NCBI GenBank assembly: GCA_964016885.1
Contig: OZ024743.1
Span: 273,730,001 to 273,794,000 of the forward strand
DNA: 64,000 nucleotides
Reading direction: 5' to 3'
Source: Eledone cirrhosa
Taxonomy: Eukaryota
Shown here: piece after piece, positions 1 to 15,744 of the stretch
Position numbering within the stretch: position 1 is the stretch's first letter
Layout: every line of letters starts with the position of its first letter
Translations under genes and position numbers: made by a program
The notes under the pieces: generated by a model
What the model was told of the DNA's origin: nothing
The model's input: only the letters and a program-made list of their open reading frames with translations
Databases searched by the model: none

Positions 1-628
1 AACCATAAATATATAGATAGGATTATAGTCAATATAATCAAACCTAATAAACAGAGAATGATATTTGGGTTTGAACATAAACATTACAATGACTACACTA
101 AATTATATAACACAAAGGAATTCGCTTTCTTATCAATTTAGTTTTTAACATTTATTTTACAAATTGTAGGATATTGTCCCATTTACATGCTTCTTGCTAA
201 CTATTATATTTTTCTATAAGAAAACTAAACAAAAGATTTGCCACGTCATGTGCATTTCAGAGTAGCTTACTTTTAAAAAGGAAAGGCAGAGGCATGTCTG
301 TATAGTTAAGTTAATTGATTCTTAAACATCTGGTACCGCACGAACTGTCCTGTACCATGTGAGTATAATTTCATAGACAGCTGTATAGAAGTTCATTATA
401 CTTAGATACATGCAAACGTATGTGACTGTGTATGTTTGTGTCAACATGTCCCTGTGTATATAAGCCTTCTTGTTTTGTTTTGTTTTTTATTTACGCGTTA
501 GTTATTATATATCTAAAGACATTGCGTTTTCAGTTCTAGAAATAATATAGAATTTGAAGAGATTAATATATTTAAACACACACACACACATATGTGTGTG
601 CGCGCGTATGTATATATATATATATATA

Positions 629-664
<36 letters not shown>

Positions 665-794
665 CATGTGTGTGTGTGTGTGTATGTATGTGTATGTGTG
701 TGTGATTATGTGTGTCTGTGCATATATATATGTCCCAAGGCTCTGATACCATCAACACCATAAACACAGAGCTGGCACATCTAAGAACTGACTA

Positions 795-850
795 ACTGCC
801 TGATGAAGTCATAGCCATTCAATGGCTATCATCGAAATATATATAACAGT
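795..850 (+). ncRNA. Minimal type I hammerhead ribozyme-like motif (PLE pLTR type), between microsatellites
   Basis: actgc-CTGATGA(800-806)-stem II atagccat/atggctat-GAAA(834-837)-palindromic tatata-TA-acagt, followed by AATAAA; base of stem II and closing pair of stem I mismatched. Confidence 0.6.
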
Positions 851-891
851 AAATAAAGGACTATGAGTTCATGTAATTGACTTATGTTTCG

Positions 892-945
<54 letters not shown>

Positions 946-1534
946 TGCATATATATGTGTGTGTGTGTGTGTGTGTGTATGTGCGTATATGTATGTATAT
1001 ATACATATTTGTGTGCCTGTGTTTGTGTACATATATATCAGCCTTGATATCTTTTGAACTATATTCTCAGGAAATTAATCCATTCAATTTCTGTCATAAC
1101 AGAACCGATAATAGCAAGATATAAAGAACTCACAACTACACAGATATCTTTTCCAGGACAGTGGCGACAAAAAAGAACTCGTACAAGTCTACTTCCGAGA
1201 ACGATTTAGTTATTAGACGATAAAATATGCATACGCACAAATAAGGCATTACTTTTTGACATAGTTCGCAAACAAAACTAAATATTATTCGGATATTTTT
1301 TGTGAAAACTTTGAAATTCATCTAACTTGACAATTTACCAATTTGAGATAATGCTGAAGTTTAAGATAAATTATGATAAATCAGAGGGAAATGACGAGAG
1401 GGAAGAGTCGAATTCACTGCAGTTAACACATGAACATTTAAACTGCTATTTATATCTGATATACTAGTCAACGTTTCAGTAAACATTAGAGAATTCATTT
1501 TCTATCTCTCTCTATATATATAAACACACACACA

Positions 1535-1657
<123 letters not shown>

Positions 1658-1751
1658 CTTTGATAAACAACTGGAAGTTTATAATAAATTGAAGTGCAAC
1701 CAACTTGTGCCTGTGTTTTTAATGGCAGTATGGCCCTCCCAAAATCCAACA

Positions 1752-1834
<83 letters not shown>

Positions 1835-2169
1835 GAAAGCATTTTCTCTCTTTCTCACATTTGCTTTCATCCCGAAAGGTCTTTTTTCTAAGCGCTCATA
1901 TATTCACCTAGCTTATGCTAACAGAATAACTATGTAGCTTGTTCCCTTCCTCTCTACGGTTAGCTCTCCTCTTTGTTGTTATCTTGTCTCGCTCGCTTTA
2001 CGCGTTTTAATTGTCCTAATAACTTAATTTAGTTATTATTGTACCGACGTGAGGTATATGATTTTTAATGCAATGAAATATCTATGATCGTCGGCAAATC
2101 ACTGATGAGGGACTCATTTTATTACATGTTATCCATGTGCAACCTGCCGTATTCTTCTCCCCATTTTTT

Positions 2170-2229
<60 letters not shown>

Positions 2230-2233
<4 letters not shown>

Positions 2234-2690
2234 TTCACTAATTCCTGTCATTTTATATTGCTGTCATGTGCGAAAATGCTGATGATTGTATTGAGCTCAT
2301 TCAGTACATGGATAATCAATTTCAGAGGGCGGCCGACTGAGGTAGAAGCTGCTAAATAGTCGGTCGTCCTCTTGTCTCTGATTTTCATCCCCATGTATTT
2401 TATCTGTTATATTCCTTCGTTATATTTTGAATACCTGATGATGTCACCGGATTCATACTGAACCCGGTCATTGAAATGATCATAGTATAATAAACCTTTC
2501 AAGGATTTACACCAGTCCAGCCTCCTGTTATTTTATAATAATTAATTCCGTACTTGCACCACCAACTACACAAATGAAGACGGGTGAGTTGCATTACGTT
2601 GAGTGCTCTCCATAATATTACATCGAGATTGACCATACGGAATGACCAGTTCTATCCAGTGCTGAACCAGCAAACCTAAATAAATATATA
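2230..2690 (+). mobile_element. Short non-coding PLE-derived element carrying an HHR, flanked by (TA)n
   Basis: Contains the HHR at 2431-2488; a reverse-complement copy lies at ~23290-23630; both end in TA repeats. Confidence 0.65.
2431..2488 (+). ncRNA. Type I hammerhead ribozyme (minimal/dimeric form)
   Basis: atac-CTGATGA(2435-2441)-stem II (accgg/ccggt, ttca/tgaa)-GAAA(2473-2476)-palindromic tgatca-TA-gtat, then AATAAA at 2489. Confidence 0.8.
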
Positions 2691-4049
2691 TATATTTATA
2701 AAAGATGTTAGCAACATATTCAGTATTTAAGATAATCCACTCTGATACTAATTTTCGATATGTACTAGTAATAATAACTACCTTAGTACAAACCTTAAGA
2801 AACTGCGCTACACAGAAACAGAAAGAACACGACTAGTCACGAAGTATGTCTACATCTTCTGTGGCCGCTGTTACTTTTTTTCTCTATTAAATGGAACATA
2901 GAAACCTGAAACTGTGTGTTACTCTAGGGTGCAGCAGCCTACGGAATCCCGGGCTTGAACAATATCATTATGTTGCCGAGATCAACACCCTCTATAATTG
3001 TAATATTTAATCAACACATATTTGTAAACTAAAATATATTCTATTACGTGATATTAATCTGATATTCAATACACGCCATCAAATTTGCAGTTTCGTAATT
3101 AGGCTAAATGGATAGCAATTTTTATTTCAAAGTTTTTATTTTAATTATTCCTAATCTCATGGAGGCTTGTTCTGAGGAGCAATATTTTCCAGAAAGAAAA
3201 CGCCATCAAGTGAAATACTTGCTATTGAATTGATAATGGGAAGAGTCCATTTCTCCATACAGCATAGAATTACTAAATGTAATGCTATTAAAAATTTAAA
3301 CTTTCCTTCAGGCCATGTCAGATTTAGATTTCTACTGCAAACAATATTGAAGATGCATTATTGGAATCCAGCAAGATATTGGTTGTATAAATATAGTTTT
3401 TCTCCCCTACTTCAAAGAAGATTGTTAGTATAAACATCTTATTTTCTATTTGATACACTAAGCGTTTACTTGTACTTTTCTAAAATCCAACCTATGCATT
3501 AATATTAATGTAAAACACTACATTTCTCATTTTCAGATGCAATACATATATGGTAGTTTAAAATCCAATAAGATTCTAGTTTGAGTAAAATATTTCAATT
3601 CTTGATCCAGCATCGAAACTTTTGTATTTACTGTTTGTATGTATATTTCAATAACCTTATATTCTATTTCAATCTTTGCTTTTATTATGTTTGTATTTAC
3701 TCTTCTTATCACGTTTACGTAAAAACCTTATCTTCTGAAGTTCTACAATTACTGAAATGTTTACATGATGACTAAAAATATCTACAGATTGAAGTAAGAG
3801 CCTTCAAACATTTTTTTAATTCAATTTTCTATTTGAGGAAGGTAAGCGTAGAAGTCAATGTCACTATGTTCAATTCATGCTTTAGCATGAATTGAAGATA
3901 GTTTCTGGAGTAAGGTTAATCAAAGGAAGCGTATGCCTGAAATCTGTAATTCACCGCAGAACGTTTACTGCCGCATCGAGATATCCCACCTCCTGTATTT
4001 CGGACACATGATTGGACTGTATAAGGAAAGAATCGTATGACAGATACCA

Positions 4050-4557
4050 CAGGTAGAACCAACTGGTGAGAGAACCGAGCCGGTGAGGCTGGATCGAGGG
4101 GACGGCAAAAGGCCAGATGGCATGACCATCTTCCCGTTCCGCGGAGGCAAACCCCTCGTCTGGGATGCCACTTGCACCGACACTTTCTGCAGCCGCACCT
4201 GGTGCAGGCTGCGACTGACCCAGGTTCTGCTGCACGTCGGGCTGATGGGGCTAAACTCCTCAAATACTGGTCGCTCTCCGACTGGTTTGCGGTCGTACCC
4301 CTGGCAGTGGAGACTTATGGTGTCCTCGCCCCCAGGGCTACCTCCATACTCACCACCATAGGCGCTGAGCTGGCTAGCCACAGGTGTGAGCCCTGCGATT
4401 TGGAGTGGCTTTTCCAGCGCGCCTCCCTTGCCGTCTTCCGGGGAAACGCCTTCTCCATTCTGTCCGCTGGGGCTGTGGGTGGTCCCCATCGCGTACCGCT
4501 GTAGTTGTTGTATACAGATATTAAGGTCCCATACATATAATATAAATGGAAAAAAAT
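4050..4557 (+). mobile_element. CRE-clade-like non-LTR retrotransposon 3' fragment (restriction-like endonuclease domain), frameshifted
   Basis: [31 protein letters not shown]...K.LKY...VPLAVETYG...LFQRASLAVFRGNAFSIL across ORFs 4083-4361 and 4172-4504; A-rich tail ~4550. Confidence 0.8.
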
Positions 4558-5354
4558 GTACTAAGCTAAAATACTACTAATTTTAAATTACACCAGAAGT
4601 ATACAGTATATGAATGAAGGAAACTGTTTCATACACTATGTAGTTAGTTAACGTACATAATCTCGGTTGGTATTGCTTGGAGATCCTGTCGGATCTTCTC
4701 GAAATACTTGATTCCGATAGAACTCCCTAGAAGGAGTGTCTGAGTACTCACCCCTCCTCGACATTTGTTTGTTAAGAAGAAGAAGAAGAATTTATATTTC
4801 ATATGTGTGATAAACACATATTATTTAAAACCAAAATAATCGTTTTGCAAACTAATATATAGTCGTCCTCGTTGTTTAGTTCCTTTCTGTATCTCCAATC
4901 TGTCATGTTTATATCAGGTATTACATTTTCCAATATGTCATGTCTTTATTAAGACATCTAAGAATGATAGGGCTAGAATTGATAGCTACTACAAGGATGT
5001 CAAACAACTTCACTGAGATCCCTCATTTACTCGGGAATGTGTGAATACATTTGTATTCATATTTTACACGTTCAACTTACAAATCGGAAAGTCCTTACCA
5101 ATCGGAAAGTCCTTACCAATATAAAGGGACATTATCGTCACTCACTAGAAACCTAATCCATGTTATTTATCTATAAATTGAGTAAAGTTTGTTAAGACCT
5201 TAATGCTGTTTTCGTTTATATGTTTTATGATTAATTAAATCAATTACAAATGGTTATTTTAAGTTTGATAATATTAGTAGATAGTCTCTTGATTTTGGAT
5301 GGGATTTTTATGTTTAATGACGAGGGATATAGGGTACTAAATTGTACACGATGA

Positions 5355-5625
5355 AGGCACGTTGCTTAGAGGTTAATGTGTTCAAACCATAATCTTAAGA
5401 TTATGAGTCCGATAACCGGTGGCCTGTTGTGTTCTTAAGCAACAGCATTTTTTCACATTGCTTCATTTACCTCAGTGATACACATAATTCAAAAGCCAGC
5501 CTTGTCGCAACTTGTGTTACGATGAATGACCCTGAGAAATAACCTAAGGGAATATGTGTCTATGAAATCCTCGGCCACTTGTACGTTAACAGCAAGATGT
5601 TCTGCTGATCAAATCATCTAGGAAT
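5355..5625 (+). mobile_element. Degenerate tRNA-derived SINE
   Basis: tRNA-like head (ggcacgttgcttagaggtt...gtccgat) and gtgttcttaagcaa segment resembling the better copy at 55630-55893. Confidence 0.5.
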
Positions 5626-6531
5626 TGTACAAGATATTAATTGCACCTAAGATCAGGAAACATTAGATTGTCTTACATACGAAGAACGTCACTATGCCTG
5701 GCATAATTTCTGCAAGTTATCATTACTGACAGATTTAACTACATTATATCCAATGTCAGTTTCGAGTGTTGACTATCTATAAAGTTTCGAAAATGTTCAT
5801 TTGCTGTCCGTATCATCATTTGCATTCTTCGGCTATCGGCACTTTATATCTAATTTCTGATAATAATCATATATTTTTTTGGTGGGTATTGAATATTTAT
5901 ATCTTAGATAAAATATTTGATTGCTTCTTCATTTTTAATTTTCATTTTTCTTAAATGTTTATCAATCGCTGATTTACATTACATTATTTCCTCTAATTAC
6001 ATTTTCAAATTTCTATAGATATGCTAATTCTTTTTCCAAGCGTCTGTTAAACACTACAATAACAGCTTAACAGTTACGTTAAAAATCATCGTTGATAACA
6101 TAATATACATTTTTCTGATTTTATTTGTTCTTTTTCTGTTTTTGTTTGTTATGTTTACACCTGAGTAAAATTGTCCTCAGTAATGTTAAGAAGAGGGAAA
6201 TAGTTTCCGAGCCTGGGTTTTTCATATTCTGTCATCAGGGACTCACTATAGTTTTATTGTTCTATTTTCGCAAGTTAGAGCTGCCTTCCTCTGAGTGGTC
6301 TTAGTTCTAAATCAACAAATTGCAGTTGGCACTTCATCTCGGAAATGTTTACGTAATATCTGTTATGTTACGAGATTTTGAAGAGCGTGTTTAAGCAGTG
6401 CTTATACAGACGGAGTTAAACATTAGAAGCATTGATATTTAGTGTGCGAAAATAAGCAGAGAAATTATAATCGGAGAAATGGAATAAAGAGAAGCAGACC
6501 GTTAAAATATAATTTATAAGGAACTCTTACA

Positions 6532-6772
6532 CATCTTACGCCCAGGTTGGGCTCGTCGGAGGCTCAGAGGGAAGTAAAGGGTTTAATTATGAACCCTGCA
6601 TTGGTACAAATAAGATGTTCATATCGAAATACATATCAAGTGTTACAGAGTTAGCTGCTTAGGTTTGATATGAATTTTGATGTGAACATCGTATTCGTAC
6701 CCAGGCAGGGTTCCTAATTAAACACTTTACTTCCCTCTGAGCCTCCGACGAGCCCAACTTGGGCGCAACATG
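6532..6772. repeat. Fold-back palindrome (~110-bp arms) containing a degenerate HHR (CCGACGA core) in each arm
   Basis: cgcccaggttgggctcgtcggaggctcagagggaagtaaag... pairs with ...ctttacttccctctgagcctccgacgagcccaacttgggcg. Confidence 0.85.
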
Positions 6773-6784
6773 CGGAAGAGCTCA

Positions 6785-6948
6785 TCACCATACCGAGAAC
6801 AATTGTTCACCTTAGCAGATCCTCTAAGGTGAAACAATTGTTCTCGGTATGGTGAACTAACTGTTGTGTAACCACTTCTACCTAACTCGTCCCATGGACT
6901 GAGTGCTCTACCACTACGGATATTACCTTCCAGCACTGTTCTACCACT
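6785..6948 (+). mobile_element. PLE-like terminal fragment with fold-back hairpin (6785-6855) centred on a presumed HHR stem II
   Basis: tcaccataccgagaacaattgttcaccttag-cagatcct-ctaaggtGAAAcaattgTTctcggtatggtga; second copy at 44502-44689; runs into (TA)n. Confidence 0.75.
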
Positions 6949-9190
<2,242 letters not shown>

Positions 9191-9307
9191 ATATATATAT
9201 ATATATAAGCAAAAGGGATGTTCAATTTGTTGGTAATTCAACAAATATAAATGTTTATAACTGATTCAAAGCACTCGACAGTTTTTCCTGGAGTATAAGT
9301 ATAATAT

Positions 9308-9429
9308 TCAATATTAAATGAATGGAAACTGTATTCATAAAACCATATTTATTCTATTATATATATTAGAATAATAATAATAACAGAATAAATATGGTTT
9401 TATAAATATAGTTTCCATTTATTTAATAT

Positions 9430-9430
<1 letters not shown>
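9308..9430. repeat. AT-rich inverted repeat
   Basis: atattaaatgaatggaaactgtattcataaaaccatatttattct pairs with agaataaatatggttttataaatatagtttccatttatttaatat. Confidence 0.75.
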
Positions 9431-9486
<56 letters not shown>

Positions 9487-9537
9487 AATATATGTATATA
9501 TATATGTATATGCTTATATATATATTTGTATATACAT

Positions 9538-9600
<63 letters not shown>

Positions 9601-9603
<3 letters not shown>

Positions 9604-9835
9604 TCTAATGGTAGCTAAGATGCTTCCATAGGTGGGATGCCGGTTGAGCACTCCATGCTCCTACGGAGCAGAGTATGATGGAATGGAAAACGAAAAATCG
9701 GTGATGCATCACCACTCAATTTATTGTGTGTTTCAATTGTTTCCCCGGCTAACAGCTCGAGGTGCGATCTGTTTCTGGATCGACCGTCTCTGGACTCGCA
9801 GGTTCTTCGGACACGTCTATTGATTTCGGACCCTC
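9601..9835 (-). mobile_element. PLE-like terminal fragment with degenerate HHR (9728-9814, long stem II)
   Basis: Minus strand: gtgt-CCGAAGA-...-GAAA-caattg-AA-acac-ac-AATAAA; its 3' part recurs at 27630-27710 and a related stem II occurs at 57184-57273. Confidence 0.55.
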
Positions 9836-10299
9836 ACCTATATATATATATATACAGAGAGAGTGAGAGAGAGAGAGAGATAAATTAGAGAGAGTGAGAG
9901 AGAGAGAGAGATAGAGAGAGAGAGATAGAGAGAGTTCACCAGCTAAATATCGATTTTCTTTTTATAGACACGCTTTCTTGATTTATGTGTGCTTGTGCAT
10001 GTATAAAAGGGTGGTTTTGATAGTTTATGTTTTTGTGATGTGTTTCATTTTATGTGCACGTGTTTCATGTGTATGTTTGGGATCGCATGTCATCTTTCAT
10101 ATGTTGCAGGGGAGTGATCGATCTTATTCAACGTGAAACCTCACGGCAATAAATATTCTATTTTCATTGTCGGTGTCTGGTATTTTAGAAATAATATCAT
10201 AATGAAATTACTATCATTTCAATTATTTTCCGTAATCTTATATTTTATGAATTAATGAAAGAACATCACACATTACGCTTTATGTAATGGGTCTTTTTT

Positions 10300-10885
10300 A
10301 TTGTTGTGTTGGGATGGGCAACCTACACTGTTGGGATAAATATCACTTACTTATTGTTGAGGATTAGTGGGCCTCCTTTATTGTTGAGGTATAGTGGACC
10401 TCCTGTATTGTTGGGATATTGGCTTACTATACTGTCGGGATAAAGGTCTCCTATATATCATCTAAATATCAGGCATCCTTATGCTGCTGAAGAATGTCGG
10501 CATCCTAAATTTTTTGTGATAAAAACATCCTATAGTGTTGTGATAAAGGCATTCTATAATGTTGTGATAAAGCCATCTTATTGTGTTGGGATATGGTAAA
10601 CTTTTATAGATTTGATGTATGCTGGACTCCCTCTGCTGTTGGGATATTATGAGCTTCCTATACTGTTGGTGTAAAGACCACACATATGGTTGAGTTCAAT
10701 GCCATTTTATTTATTGGGTTAAAGTCCTTTCATACTGTTTTGATATAGTAGGCCTAATATATTCTTGGAATAAAATGGGCTTCTTATACTGTTGGGTTTA
10801 AGGCCTATTATACTGTTGGAATGGAGGTCCCCAGTAGAGTTGGTCGAAAGGCATTTTATAGTGTAGTGTTAAATGCCTTATATTA
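10300..10885 (+). repeat. Ancient degenerate ~25-30-bp minisatellite (ctatactgttgggataaagg..ctc-like units)
   Basis: Recurring tactgttgg/tattgttg units; the same array resumes at 17435-17610. Confidence 0.65.
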
Positions 10886-10889
10886 GAAG

Positions 10890-11598
10890 TCTTCTTGTGA
10901 ACGTGACCTGGGCATTACTGACAGCAGCGATTTGAGTTGGAAGAAACACGTTCTAAAATTGTCAAGTAGGCCGAGGGTGTCTTAGCATCACTCAGCAAGA
11001 GTTTGTCAGCCGCTCTCCAGCTATTTATTTAAAGTGCATATAGCTATTGTGCGGCAAAACTTAGAATTTACATCACCAGTCTGGAACCACTATCTTGCTC
11101 AGAACATTGACCGCATGGAAACTGTTCAGAGACGTACAAACCAAGCGAATATCCAACATCAGGGATCGACTTTACTCTGAACGTCTTGCTTCCCTGGGCT
11201 TGGATACATTGGAGCTCCGACGATGGAAACTACTTGGTAAACACCCACAAAATGATTAACCATCTTGCCAACAACAACCGTGGGCACCTTTTTGATTTCC
11301 ATGTGCCTAACACACGTGGGCATGCCTACAAATCAGAAAACAGCACAGCTCCCATTTCTTTCGGAAAATCTTTTTCATGCTCAGAGTCACTGAAGCATGG
11401 AACAAACTACCTGCATCAGTTGTTAGCCAACCCTATACCTGATGTCCCCCCTCCATACACACGTACTCATGTTTTTCATGACTGTTCATTTTCCTGACAT
11501 GCTCATTTTCCTGACATTTGTACATTATTGTATGCACTATACATGCACCTTTGATGAGTTGTGCACCTGAGCACTGTACACAACAATTTCATTATTAT
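10890..11598 (+). mobile_element. CR1-like LINE 3' fragment (RT C-terminus), degenerate
   Basis: Broken frames give ERDLGI..SDLSWKKH, VR.NLEF.SPVWN, ETVQRR, NTRGHAYK, RVTEAWNKLP; ends in (ATT)n. Confidence 0.75.
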
Positions 11599-13343
11599 TG
11601 TTCTTTGAGTCTCAGTCATTGATGTTATTTAACTGGAAAGTTTATTGAAATGAATATCAAGCCGCTACCTGCAGCCTCAGATGTTCAGAACATATCGGAG
11701 GGTTTTGCTGTTCCCAGCAAGCATGCCTTTTGGAGTGTTCCAAAGAGCGGGACTGGACTAATCTTCTTTAACCATCCTTGGAAACTCCTAGTGTGCCTAT
11801 GACAATCGGTACGACCTTGATTTCATGGCAGTTCCAAATCCTTTTTACCTCCCACTTTAAGTCCTGGTACCGGCTAATTTTCTTCCTCTCCTTTTCTTGC
11901 AATCTCGTGTCAAATGATCAGGCTACATCTAAAATCAGGCACGATCATTTTCCCTTGTCCAAAACCAGCAGGTCAGGCCTATTGTGTTCTAATTTATCCT
12001 AAAATCTGTATCCTAAAATCCCATAGCACCTTCACCTGATAGTTTTCTATCACCGACTCTGGCTTATGCTCATACCACTTCTCAGAATGTGGTAAATTGT
12101 TCACTTTACATAGATGCCAGTGCATCACCCTGCCTATCACATCATGTCTCCAACCTTTATAATGAGTCAGGGCTAGGTATTTACACTCGGATACAATCTG
12201 AGCCATAGTCTCCTCTCTCTCTCCACAGATCCTACACAGCGAGCTAGCCTCCTCCTTGTTAATATGGTGTTTCACCCACTTCGTTCTGAGGACTTGCTCT
12301 TGCGCAGCCATACGCATTCCTTCTGTAGCTTTTTTAAGGTTTCCTCTCTTTAACCAGTTCCATGTGTGTGGATCTCTAAATTAAATTTTCTTAAAGAAGG
12401 TGCTAAGAAGGGATTTTCCATGAACGTTGCTCTTCCTCCTCATTGTTATTTCCTCCTTGGACATCCCCTGGTCTAATGTCTTCTCCTTCAGTACAATTAT
12501 TAGCATTGGCTCCCCACTGCCAGTCTCATATTTGTGCAGGTTGTTTTTCTCCATCTGAACACGGTACTCTATACTGATAAGACCTCTTCCTTCAGATCTC
12601 TTTAAGTAGAGTCTATTGAGATCACTCCTCTTGTGGAACATGTTGTAGATAGTCATTAGCTTCGTAGTCTTTCTATCCATTTCTTTTTGTTCAGTAACAT
12701 TCCATTTCAGAATTCCCGCACTGTACCTATTAATACACACAGCTCGGGAATTTACTACTCTTATGACATTCATACTATTTAGATGTGATTTTAATACGCT
12801 CCTTACTCTCCTTATGCACTCAGATGTTATAAATTCTTTCATTTTTTTTGTTCTTGGTGTCATCTGCCTCCAGAACACCGAAATATTTTTGTATCCCTCT
12901 TCAGTGTCAATTTCTTTATCATCTCACCTGTTGGTATCTGGATTCCGTTGCTTCTACTCAATTTACCCCTCTTCATCACTAGGACTCCACACTTATTAAT
13001 ACCAAATTCCAAACATATATCATTGCTGAAAATACGGACAGTGTCAACAAATACATCCAACCCCTTCTCACTCTTCCCAAAGAGTTTAAGATCGCCCATG
13101 AAGAGGTGGTTGATGGTAAACTCTCTTTTCCCAACATATATCCTGCTCTCACTTTTCGCAGTATAATGGTCAGGGGTATCAGGGCAAGGACAAACAACAG
13201 AGGGGACAACCCATCTCCCTGGAAGATACCTCTCTTGATCTTCACGGCTCCCAAGGACTCTCCACTCGATGTTAACTCTGTTTCTCAGGACTACATACTT
13301 TTGCTCAACAACTGCCTGATGTTATCTGCCACCTTCAAGATCT
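11596..13343 (-). mobile_element. R4/Dong-clade LINE, family A, 5'-truncated, with RLE domain and 3' end
   Basis: [47 protein letters not shown] zinc knuckle, RHD, LWDF, NRPD, VVPIVIGTLG; 3' end in (TAA)n. Confidence 0.9.
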
Positions 13344-15735
13344 ATATGCATCTATTTGTCGGTCTGTTTGGATGCTAAATTTCCACAAGATAGAGATGTG
13401 CTCTTTTTCAAGTATGGGAGGTGGTTAATGCTCCCACCAATTCTTTTGATGTGGCAGGTCAAAATGCTTACACATTATCCAATGTATGTATTGTGCAGCT
13501 CTGTTATCCCTGTTTAGGTATTCGGTTGGAGCTATATGACTGCATATTGAAATTATATGATCAATGGTCTCTGGTTGTTTTTTTACATACACGGCATAAT
13601 GGGCTGCATCCATTTTTTATTATGTTGGCTTGGTAATTTTTTGTTGGCAGACACTGATCTTGTGCTGATATAATCAGTCCTTCAGTCTCCGATTTCAATC
13701 CAGAGGATGCCAACCACTGATGGGTTAAAGTTTTGTCAACATCAGGATTGTTAGCTCTTTCAGGGTATTTTCCATACAGAGGCTTGTCTTGCCATTTCTT
13801 AGCCAGTTTCTGTAGCAGTTCTTTCTTTGCAGTTACTTTTACCTGCTTTGCTTTTTCTGTGTTTTCCATTTAAGCAGTAAATGGGACTTCTTAAATGTGT
13901 AGTCCATTACTGTATCTTTGTGCATCTTTTGTAATGGAATATGATCTTTTGATGCTTTCGTGTTTCAAAACGAGTTTGATCATCCAATCATGTGATTCCC
14001 TTAGGTATGGAGATAATCCAATTGTTGCAGTTTTCAACGCAATATCTAACTGGATTAACCCACGTCCTCCTTCTTTCCTAGGGAGATATATTCTATCTGT
14101 ATCTGCCTTAGGGTGATGCATTCTGTGCATGGTTAAGAATTTTCGAATTTTTGTATCGAGCTTACGGATCTCTGTGCTTGACCAGTTGATGACATTGTAA
14201 CTCTAGGTTACTACTGGTATGGCAAGCGTGTTTATGGCATCGACCCTATTCCTTGCATTCAATTCCGTTCTTAAGATTGCTCTTACTCTGCGGTAACATT
14301 CCTTCCTTATCCTTTCCCTCATTGTCGAGTGCTTGATTCCGTCTCCTTCACAAACACCTGGTTATTTGTAAGTTTCCTCTTGATCAAGTTCTCTTATCAC
14401 ATTCCCCCGATCAAGATTAATGTCTGAACTTTTCAGCAGCTTTCCTCTGGTGAACGTTGCTTTGGCGCACTTATCTATCCCAAACTTCATTTTAATGCCA
14501 TCACTGAACTGCTCCACAGCATCACTGAACTGCTCCATTGCAATTGTTCATCATTTTTTTGCAAATAATTTCAGGTCATCCATGTAGAACAAGTGATTAA
14601 TGGTTTTGTCATAGACTTTATATCCATGCTTTGTTCCATTGAGCATTTTACTTATGGTATGAGTGCGATGCAGAATAAAAGCGGTGATAAGGAGTCACCC
14701 TGAAAAATTCCACAATTAATATTAACTTCTCCAGCTTCCAGTCATTCCTTTTCACTATTCAAAAGGAGTGCCTTTTTCCATGTATTCATACTGAATGACA
14801 AGAACCTCCTGACAACGGGAGATATTTTGAAAATCTCTAATCATTTTTCAATGCTTTCGAATGCTTTTTTATAATCTATCGAATGCTTTTTTATAATCTC
14901 TCCAAGCAATTGATAGATTTTTGTGTCTATTATGACAATCTTCCCGTATCATTCTGTTAACCAAAATCTGATCCTTACAGCCATATGAGCCTCGTATACA
15001 TCCTTTCTTCTAATTGGGAAATAGGTCATTTGTTATCAGGACTGATGTTAACATTTTATACATTGTGGTGAAGTAAGTTATCGGTCTGTAATTTTTGGGA
15101 TTGTTTGTCTCATCATTCTTCGGAAGCAGGAATGTATTGCCGTTAACTAGCCATGATGGTATCTTTTCTGGCTCCTTAACTATTTCATTGTAAAGTTGGT
15201 CTAACAGCTCATGAGACTCTGTGAAGGCATTTATAAAAAAAATTGGTATTTTGTCTTTTCCTGGGGATTTCCATTTGCTTGTTTTTCTAAGAGCCAAACG
15301 CAACTGTTCAACTGTTATATTTTCCCATATTTCTCCCTCAAGGTGAGCTGTATCTTTCATTTGTCTGTCTATCCATGGGCATGTATATTATGAACTTTTT
15401 CTTCGGCCCAGGTCTTTTCCCAGAATTATTGCACTTGCTCCTTGGGTGGTATTGATTTAGCAGTTATTGTTGACTTGATCATCTTTCTGTAGAAGTTTCT
15501 TTGGTTGTTTTTGAACATATTATTGTCCTTATAGAATCTAGATCGTTTTTCAAAGTGCCTTATACGAGCAGCTTTGGCCGACACTTTTTGCTTGATTATT
15601 TATATCAGCATGTCTATGTCACGTATTGATTTTATATTGTAATTTCTTTTTAATTTTCTAAGTTTTGTTTGTTTAACATGTTCACCTACTTTGTAGTTTG
15701 TTAAAATTTATATGTCAGATCGGAGAAGGTTTATT
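13344..15735 (-). mobile_element. R4/Dong-clade LINE, distinct family B, truncated at both ends
   Basis: [76 protein letters not shown]; stops just before the NRPD motif. Confidence 0.9.
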
Positions 15736-15744
15736 TGGCGATTG

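Noticed and set aside
3916-4489. Minus-strand ORFs of 94-174 aa
   Set aside because: Antisense shadows of the GC-rich CRE-like fragment
6195-6242. Minus-strand CTGATGA...GAAA hammerhead candidate
   Set aside because: Stems I and II do not pair convincingly
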